A stretch of 64,000 nucleotides of DNA from Octopus sinensis (GCF_006345805.1 NC_042998.1:58404001-58468000); one strand, 5' to 3'; shown: positions 36,117-50,251, counted from the first letter of the stretch. The notes: generated by a model from the sequence alone, not told the origin. Numbers and translations: made by a program.

Positions 36117-37420
36117 TACGAGGGTTGGCTAAAATGTTCATAAGCTCACCGAGATACTTTCACAGAATGTGACCAAAAGAGGTTTATTTTTCAACATAGT
36201 CCTCTTTGCAGTCTACACACTTCTTCCATTGGTGTTGCACTTCTTAGATCCCATCAGTAAAGAAGCTTTCATCCTGTTGGTCAAAAAAGTCATCAACAGC
36301 AGATATGACATCATCATCACTGCAATACTGGTTCCCAGCCAAGTGTTTTTTTTTTCATGTTGGGGAACAAATGATAGTCAGGTGGGACCAAATCAGTAGG
36401 GAGGGTGAGATCAATCAGGTCAAAGTCGCAGTCATGCATAGTAGCCATAGAAACAACGGACTTGTGTGCTGGAGCATAGTTCTGATGAAACAAGACCCCT
36501 TTCATCAGTCTTCCTGGCTATTTGATCTTGATGGCCTTTCATAACTGCCTCAGTAAGTTGAGTACTTTCCATTGATGGTGTGGCACTTTTGAAGATAGAC
36601 AATAAACACAATGCCTTTTACATCCCATAAAACTGAAGTCATTACCTTCCCAGTTGGTGAAATGACTTTGGCCTTCTTTGGAGCAGTGAGGAGTGGTGTT
36701 TTCATTGTATGGATTGTCTCTTTGTCTCTGGCTCAAAGTGATGAATCCAACTCTCATCCTAGCTTAGGAAACGCTTAAGGAAACCAGCTGGATCTAACTC
36801 AAACAGTTTCAGGTTTTCTCATGCTATGATCAGTCTGGTGCACTTTTGAGTTGGTGTCAGAAGACATAGGAGCCACCAAGCAGAAACCTTTGTTATGCCA
36901 AGTGCATTGTGTAAAATGTTCTCAACTCTCTCACGAGATAATGCTAATGGCACAAGCTATTTGGCTTATAAGTAAATTGTTTGTCATCCATCTCTGTATG
37001 GTGAATGCAATCAATGTTTTCTTCGCTGGTGGCAGTTACAGAATGTCCAGACTTTGGGTCATCTCTAAGACACTCACTTTCCCTCTTAAATTCAGCTGCC
37101 CACTTTCACACAATTGAAAAAGCTGGAATGTCATCCCCTTACGTAGCAACCATGTCAGCATGAACATCCTTGGGGAGCTAAACTCTATTTCTGCAGGTAC
37201 TTGATAACACCATGATGCCAAATTTTGTTGATTTTTAAGAGAAGTGACTACTAGTTACTTTTGAAGTCTTTTTTGAACAGTCAGATGTCAGTTTATCTGG
37301 AAAGAAACAATGCAGTTATTAAATAAGAAGGGTTGAAATTAATGCATGCAAGATTTCCCAACTCTAGCACCACTCCATGATAATCAGACTATGAATTTAA
37401 TTTTTCAGCCCACTCTTGTA
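36117..37420 (-). mobile_element. Near-full-length (1.3 kb) dead mariner element
   Basis: Ends TACGAGGGTTGGCTAAAA and (reverse complement) TACAAGAGTGGGCTGAAAA. Transposase motifs DESWIHHFEPETKRQS, VMTSVLWDVKG, VLFHQNYAPAH, DLVPPDYHLFPNMKK. Confidence 0.88.
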
Positions 37421-37889
37421 GAGAGACTTAATTTAAATCTACAGCTATTTCACAGTTAATACTTATGCGACACAAAATTTAAAATTGATAACTTACAAAT
37501 GATTTTAGTAAGTCATATACATATATTTCTGAACATCAATTGATAAAAAGTAGAATTTTTGTTCATCACGGTTTTTCACAATACTTGAAATCTCATGTGG
37601 GTTTTATTTTTCATTTCAATTAGATATTGCAGATCATAACTAGACAGTAGATCAAGTAATCTATTTTAACTTGAGACGAATCTGCATACTATTATTTTTA
37701 AAAAGTGAGAGAAAAGACACAGGAGAATAAAGGAAATAGAAAAGGAGAGCCTGTATAATGACAAAAAGAAATCCATATATTCTAAAGTTGCAAGATATTT
37801 CTTAATTATGATTTTTAATGTATATATATATATTATATATATATATATATATACACACTCACACACACACACACACACAAAATATCTTC

Positions 37890-38445
37890 TATGAGGGGAA
37901 ATCAAAAATTATCTGCACTTTTGCCATAACATATCTTTATTAATGTCACACTGCCTTCAGTGCATGCCTACTTATAGTTGGTACTATCGTAGTCATGTGA
38001 TCAAAGTTTGAGTCTGATCGCACCAAAGAAGAACAAAGATGGTAATTGTGAACTGGTTCACTATTACCATTTCTCAAGCTTGCTGAATTTTCTCATCAGT
38101 GATGGAAGTTGATGAGCGTCCTGCTCCTTCTTTGTGCATCACGCTTGTCTGGTCACTTTTAAACTTCTTGATCCACTCCTACACTCTTCTATGCAGCAGT
38201 GCATTGTCTCTGTATTGTGCTAAAAGCTTCCGATGAACTTCAACACCTGAGACACCTTCCGACCAGAGAAATCAGATCACTGCTGTTTCTCCTTCTTTGG
38301 TGCACAGTGCTAGTGGAGTGGCCATGTTTACACTGTAAAACCAGAATGAAAAATGGTGCAATCAGACTTAGACTTTGATCACAAGACCACAATAGTACCA
38401 ACTATAAGTATGCATGCACTGAAGGCAGTGTGACAATAATAAAGA
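37890..38445 (-). mobile_element. Non-autonomous mariner derivative: N-terminal HTH fragment enclosed by ~92-bp inverted repeats
   Basis: MATPLALCTKE..AVI*FLWSEGVSGVEVHRKLLAQY...EWIKKFK...GAGRSSTS at 38040-38328. Inverted repeats at 37934-38025 and 38354-38445; TIR-like TATGAGGGGAAATC at 37890. Confidence 0.82.
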
Positions 38446-38759
38446 TTTTTTTTAGCTTCAATAAAGTAGTGTGTGTGCATGCAGCTGGGTAAATAGATAC
38501 ATGTTTTGTAATATTTTGGTAACTTATTTGCTTTGTTCATAAAATTACAACAAAAGCAGCTTACCACTCAAGTAGGTCATCTGAAACCACCTTTCTACCA
38601 GTCCCCATGATGTAGGTACCAGTTCTTCTCCTTTGAGGTGCAGAAATCCTTCACTGAACCTTCCACTTGTTGTTATGAAGTGTTGTGAGCACTGGAATTG
38701 AGTTATGGGTCAGAATAAGTAATAATCTGAGGGAAATATTTTATCTGCAAATTTAAAGT

Positions 38760-39110
38760 GCATAAGCAGAGGTTAAACAAGGACCAACTTCTGGAATCTG
38801 TCATCAACCACGTGCATTTCAAACACAAAGTGATGCTCTGTCTAGTGGAATTATGAGGAGATAATTTAGTACAAGTTTGTTTTGGATGGTCGATCCATTG
38901 ATGCTAGCCTGTACTCCAAACAGCTGGAGTGGATCTATGCCATTGAGTGGCAAAAATATTTGGCATTAGTGAACAGAAAACGAGCTTTTCTGCAGCAAGA
39001 CAACACAAGACTTCATAAACAACCTGAAATAAACTCCAGGAACCTGAGGGAATCAAACTGATGCTACATCCAACATATAGTCTACATGTAGCTCACTCAG
39101 AGTAGCTGAA
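38760..39110 (+). mobile_element. Mariner transposase catalytic-domain fragment
   Basis: KHKVMLC...DGRSIDASLYSKQLE...LVNRKRAFLQQDNTRLH...MLHPTYS across frames. Confidence 0.75.
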
Positions 39111-39640
39111 CATCAACTTCATCAACCTCACCTGTCTCAGAGGTAGTGCTAAGCTCATAACCATTACTCCTTTCTCTGACTAATTTATTTAAAAGTTTCT
39201 TACTACCAGGAGATGAACTTTATCTACAACTTAGTACCTCTACATGGACCAAGTCAATGAGAGCAGAGTTGTTTTTACCTTGCACACAGTATCCTGTTTG
39301 CCTTGTTTAATTTAGCTACATACAATTCTAAAGCTTGCATTAGGAATACAAACCTTTCTTTTTCTAGTAAGTGACAACCTCTAAAAGTATCATATTCTAT
39401 ATATAAAGCTATGAGAAATTCTGGCAAACGTCAATACAATGAATTTATATAATTATTCTATTATTGAAATTTTCTACCCACTGAAAAAGAAAAAAAATTC
39501 TAATCAGTCAATATATGAATTTATTGATAAACTCCAGAGCTTTTGGCAAAGTAGTTTTAATTATATAGGAAATGAAACAAAATGAAATAATAGAATCAAT
39601 AAGGTAATACACACATATGCATATGCATAAATACTTATGT

Positions 39641-39712
<72 letters not shown>

Positions 39713-41081
39713 ATACACACACAAATATGCATACATACATGTTGTTTGTTCAATCTTTACAGATGATTGCATGCATACATAAATACATCCGACCATCCAT
39801 ACACACTCACATATATTCTGGGAGCATTAGGTGAGCACTACACACTCACCAAAGATGGCAAATTTTCTTTATAATAAATTCTCTTCTTGCAAATCAAGAT
39901 ATAATATCACTATAATATATTTTCAAATCTAAATATATTCATTCAGGAACAAAGATTAAAATAATTTTGAGGCTAAAGTTTGTGTGCCTACATTTATGCC
40001 TCAGTAACAGATTCGGCCTAGGAGCACACCTTGTAACAACCTCATTTACCAACATATGTCGTTTTCTCTCTTTGTGAAGAGAAAAGATTGATCCGTGTAT
40101 GTCCATTTTTCCAACTGAAAATGGATGGGCAGGCAGACAGATCTCTGTTAGTTTTGTAAATAAGCATTCAGATCAACTGAATTACTTGTTCATTAAATCA
40201 GCATGTAAGTGGCTGAGTATTCCACAGACAGCAAAGAAGTTATCCATCAAGTGGAGAAATTGCAAAAAGCATTTTACCCCTTCCAATAAGTATAACAGGT
40301 TATTTCTATGTAGTATCCCAAAGTTTTAGAAAGGTAAGGGGGAAGAATATGCCAGGAAATGTATGTGGAAGATTCTTGAAAATCCTGATTTGAACCTGAA
40401 CACACAAGAAATAAAAAAATAATTAAAGTCACTGCCAAACTTCAGCAATCTCTTACATTAGGAATTTCCTGTACTGCAATAGTTCGCCATTTGAATGTCC
40501 TTAGTTGTCTCACTCTCTCTTGAAAGAATTATGAAAAATGAAAATTAATAGAAGTTTTTGCAAGATTCTCAAGAGATTTTTAAAAGGCAATAAGACAGAT
40601 TTCTTTATTATATAACAAACCAGCTGTCTTAAAAATTGCATCCACCAAAGACTAGCAGCCTCCATCAATTTGTTGATCCACCAATTAGAGCTATGATGTA
40701 CATGAAAAATCTAAAACTGAACCTTTGGATATGCACAAAAACTGATACAAAATAAATGGAATATTCAACTATGAATGCAGTGTTCCAGTAGACTGGAGGT
40801 TGTGTTGTGTTTCAATTCCTTTTGAAAATAAAGTAGAATTTTGTAAAATGGTTTCATCATAATTAAGTTTAGAACCTGCATTAATATGAAATTTTGATGA
40901 AAGCTTTTAATTTAGGTCACTTTAAAATAGGAAGTTGGTGTCATAGAACCATATGCAGTACTAGGTCGGTTGGTATAAAAAGTTTAAAACAACCTGAAGC
41001 TCTTTAGAACAGTAATGTTTAGCTACTTCTATCATTAACATTTAAATACATTTTAACTAAAACTCTACATCAGTAGTGTCA

Positions 41082-41175
<94 letters not shown>

Positions 41176-41589
41176 TATTTTGAGCAAGTTATTGGTGAGT
41201 GGATGGATGCATAGCTGAAGGGTTATAAAGTTTGCATTGCAATTATAAGGTCCCAGTTTCAGTCTCATTGTACAGTACCTTGAACATTTGTCTTCTAACA
41301 TAGCCTGAGTGTTAACTAAAGTCACATGGGTGAAAATGGATTGATAAAAACTATGTGGATAGACTACACTCATGTTCGAAAAAGGAACTTCCTTATCACA
41401 CACTGTATAATGTTGTTTCTGTCTTGGGATTACATTAAAGGAGCAGCTTTTTGCACATTCTATGTGTAATAAAAAAGTGGACAAAATGATACCAACTGCA
41501 CTGATTGAAAGTGAAAGTAAATCAATAACTATTAATAATCACCAAAAATAATACTTTTTACTAACGACACAAGGTCTGAAATTTTGTGG

Positions 41590-41930
41590 GAGGGGAATAG
41601 CTGATTACATTGAAACCAATGTTTCATCCTGAGAGGATGAAAGGCAAAGTCGACCTCGGTGGAATTTGAACTCAGAACCTAGCAATGGGCGAAATACCTA
41701 TTTCTTTACTACCCACAAGGGGCTAAACACAGAGAGGACAAATAAGGACAGACAAACAGATTAAGTCAATTATATCAACCCCAGTGCATAACTGGTACTT
41801 ATTTAATCGACCCCAAAAGGATGAAAAGCAAAGTCAACCTCGGTGGAATTTGAACTCAGAACATAGCAATGGTCGAAATACCACTAAGCATTCATCTAGT
41901 ATGCTAAAGATTCTGCCAGCTTACCACCTT
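41590..41930 (-). mobile_element. Family B copy abutting or nested in another family B copy
   Basis: ggatgaaa..caaagtc.acctcggtggaatttgaactcagaac occurs twice, joined at gaaatacc|tatttctttact. Older B fragments lie near 1180-1385, 1530-1640, 7600-7770, 9905-10070, 13870-14080, 26430-26620, 28615-28900, 29535-29680 and 56150-56750. Confidence 0.75.
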
Positions 41931-42879
41931 AAAAATAATCACCAAAAATAGTAAAAATCAATGATAATTCTCGATCATTAATTGTCATTGATTTATTTTA
42001 ATGATCTTCATTTCTTTCTTGTTTACTTTTTTAAATTATTAAATTGAAAGGAAAATAAAAACTAAAATCGACTTTGGTATACAAATGCAATTATTCTCTC
42101 TGTCTTACACATGCACACACAAACAGTTATACATATGACACATAGGTACACATACAATGACAATAAGTACCTTTTTCTTTCCCTTTCAAGTGATGCAGTT
42201 TGCTTCTCATACATTATATGTACAAAGCTTGAAAGATCATTGTTAAGGGTACAACTACCTGTAGAATACTCAGCACTTGCATAAAATATAAGCAAAAAGT
42301 CTATGTAACAAACATCTAAAATATTCATTATCAAAACTTATGCAAGGCCAGCCAACAAGAGTGGCTCTAAAAGGCCAGTTAATCTGCTAGAAACAATAAC
42401 CAAATTATGTCAAATCATATCTTACTATTTTATAGAAAACTAAGGGAAGGAACCATTGAGCAATATTGTAGTTTCAGATATTCAAACAGTCAGGAATGTC
42501 TTTCCTTGCAGGCCAGAAGACCGATCATTCATGAGACAATGTCTCCTGACTCATCTGAATAATAAACATTTGATGAACATAGGCATGTGGAGACTGACAT
42601 GAAACTATTAATTCTGTAACTCATTTTGTTCATATAGTCTCAATCTATTTTGTGTATTGCATACTCTATTTTCTTTGGCTTATGAACCACATCCCATTAC
42701 AATATGCACACACACTCTCATAGATATGTATGCATGCATGTATATATATATATATATATGTGTGTGCATATATATAAATATATACATATATATACATATA
42801 TATATATAATGCATATATATATAATGCATATATATGTATATACATATATACTATATACATATATATAGTATATACTATA

Positions 42880-43225
42880 TATAGTAGAAGACACTTGCCC
42901 AAGGTCCCACTGCATGGCACCTTGGGCAAGTGTGTTCTACTATAGCCTTGGGCCGACCAAAACCTTCTGAGTGGATTTGGTAGACGGAAACTGAAAGAAG
43001 CCCATTGTATGTATATATATGTGTGTGTGTTTGTCCCCCTAACATCGCTTGACAACTGATGCTGGTGTGTTTACGTCCCAGTAACTTAGCAGTTCAGCAA
43101 GAGGGACCAATAGAATAAGTACTAGGCTTACAAAGAATAAGTCCTGGGGTCGATTTGATCGACTAAAGGCGGTGCTCCAGCATGGCTGCAGTCAAATGAC
43201 TGAAACAAGTTAAAGATTAAAAAAG
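42880..43225 (+). mobile_element. 5'-truncated SINE family A with an inverted 5' segment
   Basis: 25-bp fold-back (42880-42904 and 42920-42944) replaces the tRNA head; the rest matches family A. Confidence 0.82.
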
Positions 43226-43581
43226 AGTATATATATATACACATAAATTCAAACACACACATATATGAAGCATATATATATGTAGTGTGTGCGTGCGTGT
43301 GTGTGTAATTTTCCCATTTTGGACCTTGTGGACTTTTGGTCTGATGAGATGTCCCCATTGCCTTTGATCATAAATCTGCTAGATTATGGATGACCTAAAG
43401 TTAAACAAACACGACGGCAAATGACTTGAGATCCATTAAAAGTATATGATTAATACTTTGTCAATATGCAAATGCAATGAAAGGTTGTCTCATTTACATA
43501 TTGTTTTCAAATTCAGATTTATATTTATGTTTTCCTTGTCTCTTTGTTTCTCTTTCTCTCTCTTTCTCAATATTATTGTAG

Positions 43582-43772
43582 TTTGCTCCCGATTACAATG
43601 GGGAAGATCGATACATGACCAGAATAGGGGTCGGTGGACTTATGAACCTCCACAAGTTAAAAGAAGCTCATACAATCATGAATGACATTTGCCTTTTCCA
43701 TCATCATGCAATCGTACAAAAAGCACAAAACCAAATTTCCAGTGATCATAAATCCAATGTTATGAACAACAC
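43582..43772 (+). CDS. PLCE1: Internal exon of phospholipase C epsilon (end of RasGEF region); absent from the ORF track because it has no start codon in frame
   Basis: Acceptor ttgtag (AG 43580-43581) and donor GTAAGT at 43773. Reads FAPDYNGEDRYMTRIGVGGLMNLHKLKEAHTIMNDICLFHHHAIVQKAQNQISSDHKSNVMNN(T), continuing the previous exon as in PLC-epsilon (LE|FVADYSGQDNFLQRVG, from memory). Phase 0 in, phase 2 out, matching both neighbours. Confidence 0.88.
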
Positions 43773-44155
43773 GTAAGTATATTCAGCTCTCACCATGCTG
43801 CTTAAAGTTTTTGCAGGTGATGTAACAAGCTAATCATATGCAAATAAGTCCTTGTAACCTCTTTCTGTTGGCTAGTAAAAATAAAGTGTGCATGCTATAT
43901 TATATACCATATATAGTTTCAATCTTAGGAAAAAAAAAAATATGTGAATGCCATTTTTAATGTTTCTCATGCTTGGATTAGATGGAATTTGCTGAGGTAG
44001 GTGTTTCTGTAACTGGATGCCCTTTCTGACGCCAAATATTACCAGTTTCCAAACGAGCCAACGTTTTTTGCACAAGATTGGAAATCAACAACCTTACTTG
44101 TATGATGCTGATGTTCATTCACAACCATCATGTGATGTATATACACACACACACA

Positions 44156-44199
<44 letters not shown>

Positions 44200-44289
44200 A
44201 CATGCACACACACACATGCACACACACACACACATGCACACACACATGTACACACACACATGCATACATACATATATACATTCATACTT

Positions 44290-45320
44290 AAAGAAATATC
44301 ATCTAGGAACAAGAAATATCAACCAAATATTGCATGCACAAAAAGGATAGAAATGCAGGAAAAGCAGTAAAATGTGACAACCAATGCAGACTTTGCAGAG
44401 TTAACACCAAAGATATCACCTGCATCATAAGCAGTTGTCTGAAAATGTCATCATGGTATTATCTACCGATGAGACATGACGTTGTAGCTAGGACATCCTA
44501 TAATGTAATCTGTCAAAAGGATAACCCCTGAGGATAAAGAATAAGAATCCACAGTATAGTAGAAGCTATAGCCACTTATAATAAAAAGGAATACTGGTGG
44601 AATGTACCAGTGAAGTCCTCAATAAAATGTAAGCACAACAGACCTGATATAATAATTTGGGATAGAGAAAAGAAACTGTGTACAGTTGTAGAACTTAGCT
44701 GCCCAGCAGATGTTAACATAAAGCTGAAGATCAGTGTAAAAGAGAATATCTACACTGACCTATTGAGAAATCTGCAGTTACTCTATCCAGATTTCAAGTC
44801 CAGGTTTATACTTGTAATTATTGAGGCCCTCGAATATGTAACACACTGTCTAAATACCAATCTTGAGAGATTAGCCTTCTCAAAATCAGAAAGGGGAAAG
44901 CTAATTCAAAGACTACTGATCCAATCCATCACTGCAACTGTAAAAATCTGTAAAGCTTTCCAGAAGTGTATCATTTAGATATACAACTATATGCATGAGA
45001 ATACCTTCATAAAACAAAACATACAAATCTGCACAAATACATACATACACACATACATACAAACATACATATATACATACATACACACATACATACATGC
45101 ATACATACATACATACATACATACACACATACACACACACACACATACATACATACATACATACATACATACATACATACATACAAACTAAAAAACGCTT
45201 TGTTGATATTGAAATTTCATTGAAGGAACCTTGGATATAGGTTAGAAACCGGCTCGTTCCCTATTGGCAAAAAATCTTGAAATAAAACTGAACAATGGCA
45301 TACATACATACATGCATGCA
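44290..45320 (+). mobile_element. 3' part of an R4-clade non-LTR retrotransposon: CCHC-type zinc knuckle, RLE and probable 3' UTR
   Basis: CRLCRVNTKDITCIISSC...RHDVVAR, then KHNRPDIIIWD...VVELSCP (PD..D/ExK-type nuclease). Followed by a (TACA)n tract and ending in (CATA)n. Confidence 0.85.
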
Positions 45321-46870
45321 TAATATTGAAGGAGCTTTCATCAGCTGACATAAAGCAATAGATATGTACCATGAATGCTCAGTCTAGTTTACCACGAAAA
45401 CTCTGGCTTGAACTTCAACTGAAAGTGGTGTTGAGACTGCCTATTAAAGGTTGCTAGAAGTGGTTTTTCTTTGAGCAGGTAGATATAGAAATTACGTATC
45501 GAAATAAAATGTCCTTTCAAGTAATGCCAAATGTTTTGCAGTTTCACTTTTATCTTAAGCCCTTGAGTATAATACGCAGGGGATTTTTAGGAGGCTGTAC
45601 CTCTGAAAAACCTAAACCTTGTGTATAATACACACCTCTTCTCTAACTTGAGTCAAGGAGGTCTCGATAAAACGTCCTTGGTTTGTAAAGCTGTATACAG
45701 TAATGTCCTTTATTATTATTGTATATATAACATAATGCAAATGTGTAGCTTTTTTGTGCTTTTTATTTGCAGAAAATAAAGTAATAACAGTAATAACGTT
45801 TAATAAATGTTGCTTACTGCAAGTTATGGATGATTCTTTTATGACTTCATGGCTTTCTGGCTTAGCTTAAAATATTTTCATGCCCGACATCACAAAGTGT
45901 GTCTGAGTAAACATTGCTGGACAGCAAATAGAAACTCGGGCATTGCTTAGAAAATGATTTTCATTTTTTTATTAAACACTGTAAGTATTACATCAGTTTG
46001 AAAATGTCGAGCAATCTTCAGCCACTTATAGAAATTTTCCAATCAAACAGACAATGCACATTCTTATCTCTATTTTGTTTGCCAACATTATAAAGAGGGT
46101 AGACATATAGACAGAGAGGTTGATTTCATTCTTAAGAACATGATAGTAGTAAATTTTTTATTATAATCACCCCATTGATTTATATGGATAATACCATACA
46201 AAATTCTGGTGCCTTTGACTTAAGTACCATATTCATCTGAATCTAAATTTTGCTGAACTTATATATATATATATAATAATAATAATATATATTTTCTAGC
46301 AATCTTTTGATTACTAGATTGCAGTTTTATAATAGTGTTTAATGATACAAAATACAATGCTAGTTGTGAGGTAGTTAAAACAGTAATGATTATTTGTTTT
46401 ATTTTTTTGTTTCTAAACTTTTTAAAATTTTAATACAGAACGTCTATGTCTGAAAATGTTGTTAAATAAATATTGATTTTTAGCAATAATGGATTTTAGT
46501 TTCTTAAAGTAAAAATGTTTGAATTTTAAAAAAAAATTTGTGCATATTAAATTGTGTTATCTTTAAAAGTACGTTTAGAAAAAAAATAAGGAAAGGAAAA
46601 AAAAGAATTGAAAGAAAATCAAATAAATATTTGTAATGTGCACTAGACCAACAAATAAACTATGTAATAACTTTAAACTATAGGAATGCATTTTAATGGC
46701 AACATCTAAATGGCACGAGAATTAGTATGTGGTTGAGAAGACTATTTTGTCTGCATGTGATTCCATATTTGATCCTTACGTGTAGTAATTTAAATGTTTT
46801 TTATTATCTGATTCCACACCAAACACTTGCAAATGGAATTTTGTGGACACACATTGTGTGAGTGTGTGTG

Positions 46871-46914
<44 letters not shown>

Positions 46915-47406
46915 CTGAAATTCCAATTTTCAATCTTCATTATTCATACATTATGATGGAAATGGAATTTGCAGATTTTTCTGATTATTTGAAACAACAA
47001 TTTCAAAAGGGATATTCCATTTTGCAATTGTCATATAGCCTCTGTCTGTAGATATGTTTTCCAAGATAAATACCTGTATTCTCTTATTACAGCTGGCCTA
47101 CTAAATACACACACAAACACACACACACAGTAGCATAAGTATATTGTATGTGAAAAACTGCAAACAAACAACATCGTTTATGTGACTAAAAACGGTTTTC
47201 AATCAGTACACACATGCTAAAATATGTCAAATAACCCAGATTATGCTTTTACAAAATCTACACAAAAATGATACAATCAATATGAACATATGAACAGTGA
47301 CACATTTCTTTATATTCAGTGTGCATGTATGTTGACAAGTGGAATACACACACATGCACACACACACACACAGACAAAATGAACTTCTGACAGTTTTTGT
47401 CTACCA

Positions 47407-47795
47407 GGCGTAGGAGTGGCTGTGTGGTAAGTAGCTTGCTTACCAACCATATGGTTCTGGGTTCAGTCCCACTGCATGGTACCTTCGGCAAGTGTCTTCT
47501 ACTATAGCCTTGGGCCGACCAAAGCCTTGTGAGTGGATTTGGTAGATGGAAACTGAAAGAAGCCCATCATATATATGTATGTGTGTGTATATATTTGTGT
47601 GTCTGTATTTGTCCCCCCAACATCGCTTAACAACCGATGCTGTGTGTTTACGTTCCTGTAACTTAGCGGTTTGGTAAAAGAGACCGATAGAATAAGTAGT
47701 AGGCTTACAAAGAATAAGTCCTGGGGTTGACTTGCTCGACTAAAGGCGGTGCTCCAGCATGGCCACAGTCAAATGACTGCAACAAATAAAAGAGT
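47407..47795 (+). mobile_element. SINE family A, full length
   Basis: ggcgtaggagtggctgtgtggtaag head through ggccacagtcaaatgactg tail. Confidence 0.85.
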
Positions 47796-48292
47796 ACCAA
47801 ATTTCCCTCACAAGATATTAGTCTACTGATGACTAAAGTGGAGGACACCAGTTGTCAGTATCCACACAATGAGAGGGAATACCAAACCACACGGTTCCAA
47901 AGTAAAATCCTTAAACCTTATCATCATTTAGTGTCCCTCTTCCATGCTGACTCATGCCAGACATCGACAAGATGTGACAAGTGGAGAGGACAACATCATT
48001 CTCCTAAGTCTGCTCTGGCATGATGTCTATGGCTGGATATCTTCTGATGTCAACTAACTTTACAGAGTGTACTGGATACTTTTTTCATGGCACCAGCATG
48101 AGTGAAGATCTGGTATCTTACAAGGCTAAGGGCCTAAAGTGGTCCTTAATGTGAGTGAGAGAAGAAGAGTATGAGTGCAGTGATTATAAGCGGACTGATG
48201 TCTGTGGGTGGGTGAGAGAGAGAGAGGTTGTTTTTGTCCTCTACCCTACCACTTGACTGGTGGTGTTAGTTTGTTTATATCGCCATAACCTA

Positions 48293-48524
48293 AGGTGGCG
48301 AGCTTGCAGAAACGTTAGCATGCCGGGCGAAATGCGTAGCCGTATTTCGACTGCTGTTATGTTCTGGGTTCAAATTCCGCCGAGGTCCACTTTGCCTTTC
48401 ATACTTTCGGGGTCGATAAATTAAGTACCAGTTATGCACTGGAGTCAATGTAATCGACTTAATCCGTTTGTCTGTCCTTGTTTGTCCCCTCTGTGTTTAG
48501 CCCCTTGTGGGTAGTAAATAAATA
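48293..48524 (+). mobile_element. SINE family B inserted in a worn family A tail
   Basis: TSD tatatc(g/a)ccataac at 48276-48289 and 48525-48538. Confidence 0.87.
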
Positions 48525-50251
48525 TATATCACCATAACTTTGCAGTCTGGCAAAAGACATTGATAGAATAAATATCAGACTTAGAAAAAAAATAGTGACT
48601 GAGGTTGATTTGTCTGGTTAAACCCTTCAAGGCAGTACCCCAGCATGACTGCAATCCAATGACTAAAGCCGGTAAAAAAAAGATATGCATGTGTTTCAGT
48701 GAGGGATAGCCAAATTAAATTCAGATTGAACAAAATTACCTTGCCTTGTATTGACCAATAAAAGTCAATTTAGCAAATGGTTAAGGTAGACTTAGCCATT
48801 TCATTGTCAAAATAAAGTTCTGACTTCTTACCAGCATTACTTAAATCTTTGAACATCACTAACCTAGCATCACCACATTCCAATAACTGAAACTAATGAA
48901 AGAATACCAGAATACACTAACATTCAAGAGCGGTGAATGTATTGTTGAATCAATATGCTTGTGGATATTGGTGTTTGTTCCTGTTCCTGTCTGTTCCCTG
49001 TCAGAGAATCCATGACATCTATAGCAAATATTATTTACATAACAACAGTGTATAAGTAGTTCCATGTAGATTATTATTATTGCTCTTGTTATTCTTGTTA
49101 TTATTTAACTCAGACCAGCTCTGATCAATCAAACCTTTGATCTAAAGCGTTTCATTTTTGTGTGTGTGCACGCACGCACGTGTGTGTATGTGTGTGTGTG
49201 TGTTTACAGCCAATCCAAAGAAGATTCATAGGTCACTTAAACTGATAGAAATAACAATCAAATCTCCCTTGTGTCACATTCTACCAATATCATAATTGTC
49301 ATCGTCATTTAACATTCACTTTCCTATGCTTCCATGGGTCGGACAGAATTTGTTGAGACAGATTTTCTACAGCCAGATGCCCTTCCTGTCACCAACCCTC
49401 ATTCTTAAGCAAGGTAGTATTTTCCATTATCAAGACATATTTGCAATGAAGACTAGAAACAAACAACCTCACATTTGCAACAATCACTTGATGCCTAGAC
49501 AAGGATGCACACAAACATACACACACAGATATGCATAATATGGCAGGCATAGTAGTGTGGTAAGAAGTTTGCTTTCCAGTGACAAGGTTCTAGGATCAGT
49601 CCCATTGTGTGGCACTTTGAGGAAGTGTTTTCTGCTATCACTCCATGCCAACAAAAGCCTTGAGTGGATTTAGTAGACAGAAACCAAAAGAAGCTCATTG
49701 TGTGTGTGTGTGCTTGCATGTATGTGTGCATGTGTGTATCTTTGTGTTTGTCCCCCACCACTGCTTCACAATCGTAGTTGATTTGTTTACGAACCTATAA
49801 CTTAGCACATCAGCAAAAGTGATTGATAGAATAAGGGCCAGATTTTTTTTTTAAATGTACTGGGATCAATTTGTTCCACTAAACCAGTCAACCCAGCATG
49901 ACCGCAGTCCATGGACTAAAACAAGTAATTGATAAACAGTACATTTATACGAGAGGCTCCATTTAGTTTCCATTAACCAAAACCACTCACATGGCTTTAG
50001 CAATACATCATCATCAGTTTAAAATCAACTTTTCCATGCTTATATGGGTTAGACAGAATTCATTGAATCAGATTTTATACAGCTGGGTGCTCTTGTTGCC
50101 ACCAACCCTCACCTGTTTCCCAACAGGTAATATTTCACAATGGACATGTTGTCATGGAAGACTGGGATGGTGACACTCGTTTTAAACTATAGCATGATAT
50201 CCAGACAAGGAAGCACAAACACACAGACATAGACATCTATCTATCTGTCTC

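Noticed and set aside
45205-45262. Hammerhead-like look (TGAAGG, AACC/GGTT, GAAA, CCGG)
   Set aside because: The core does not fit CUGANGA and there is no stem I; more likely a 3' UTR stem-loop.
48825-48935. Possible cassette exon between the second and third PLCE1 exons (ctgac..ttaccag, gtgaat)
   Set aside because: It has stops in the required phase-2 frame from either acceptor, and the flanking exons already join in phase.
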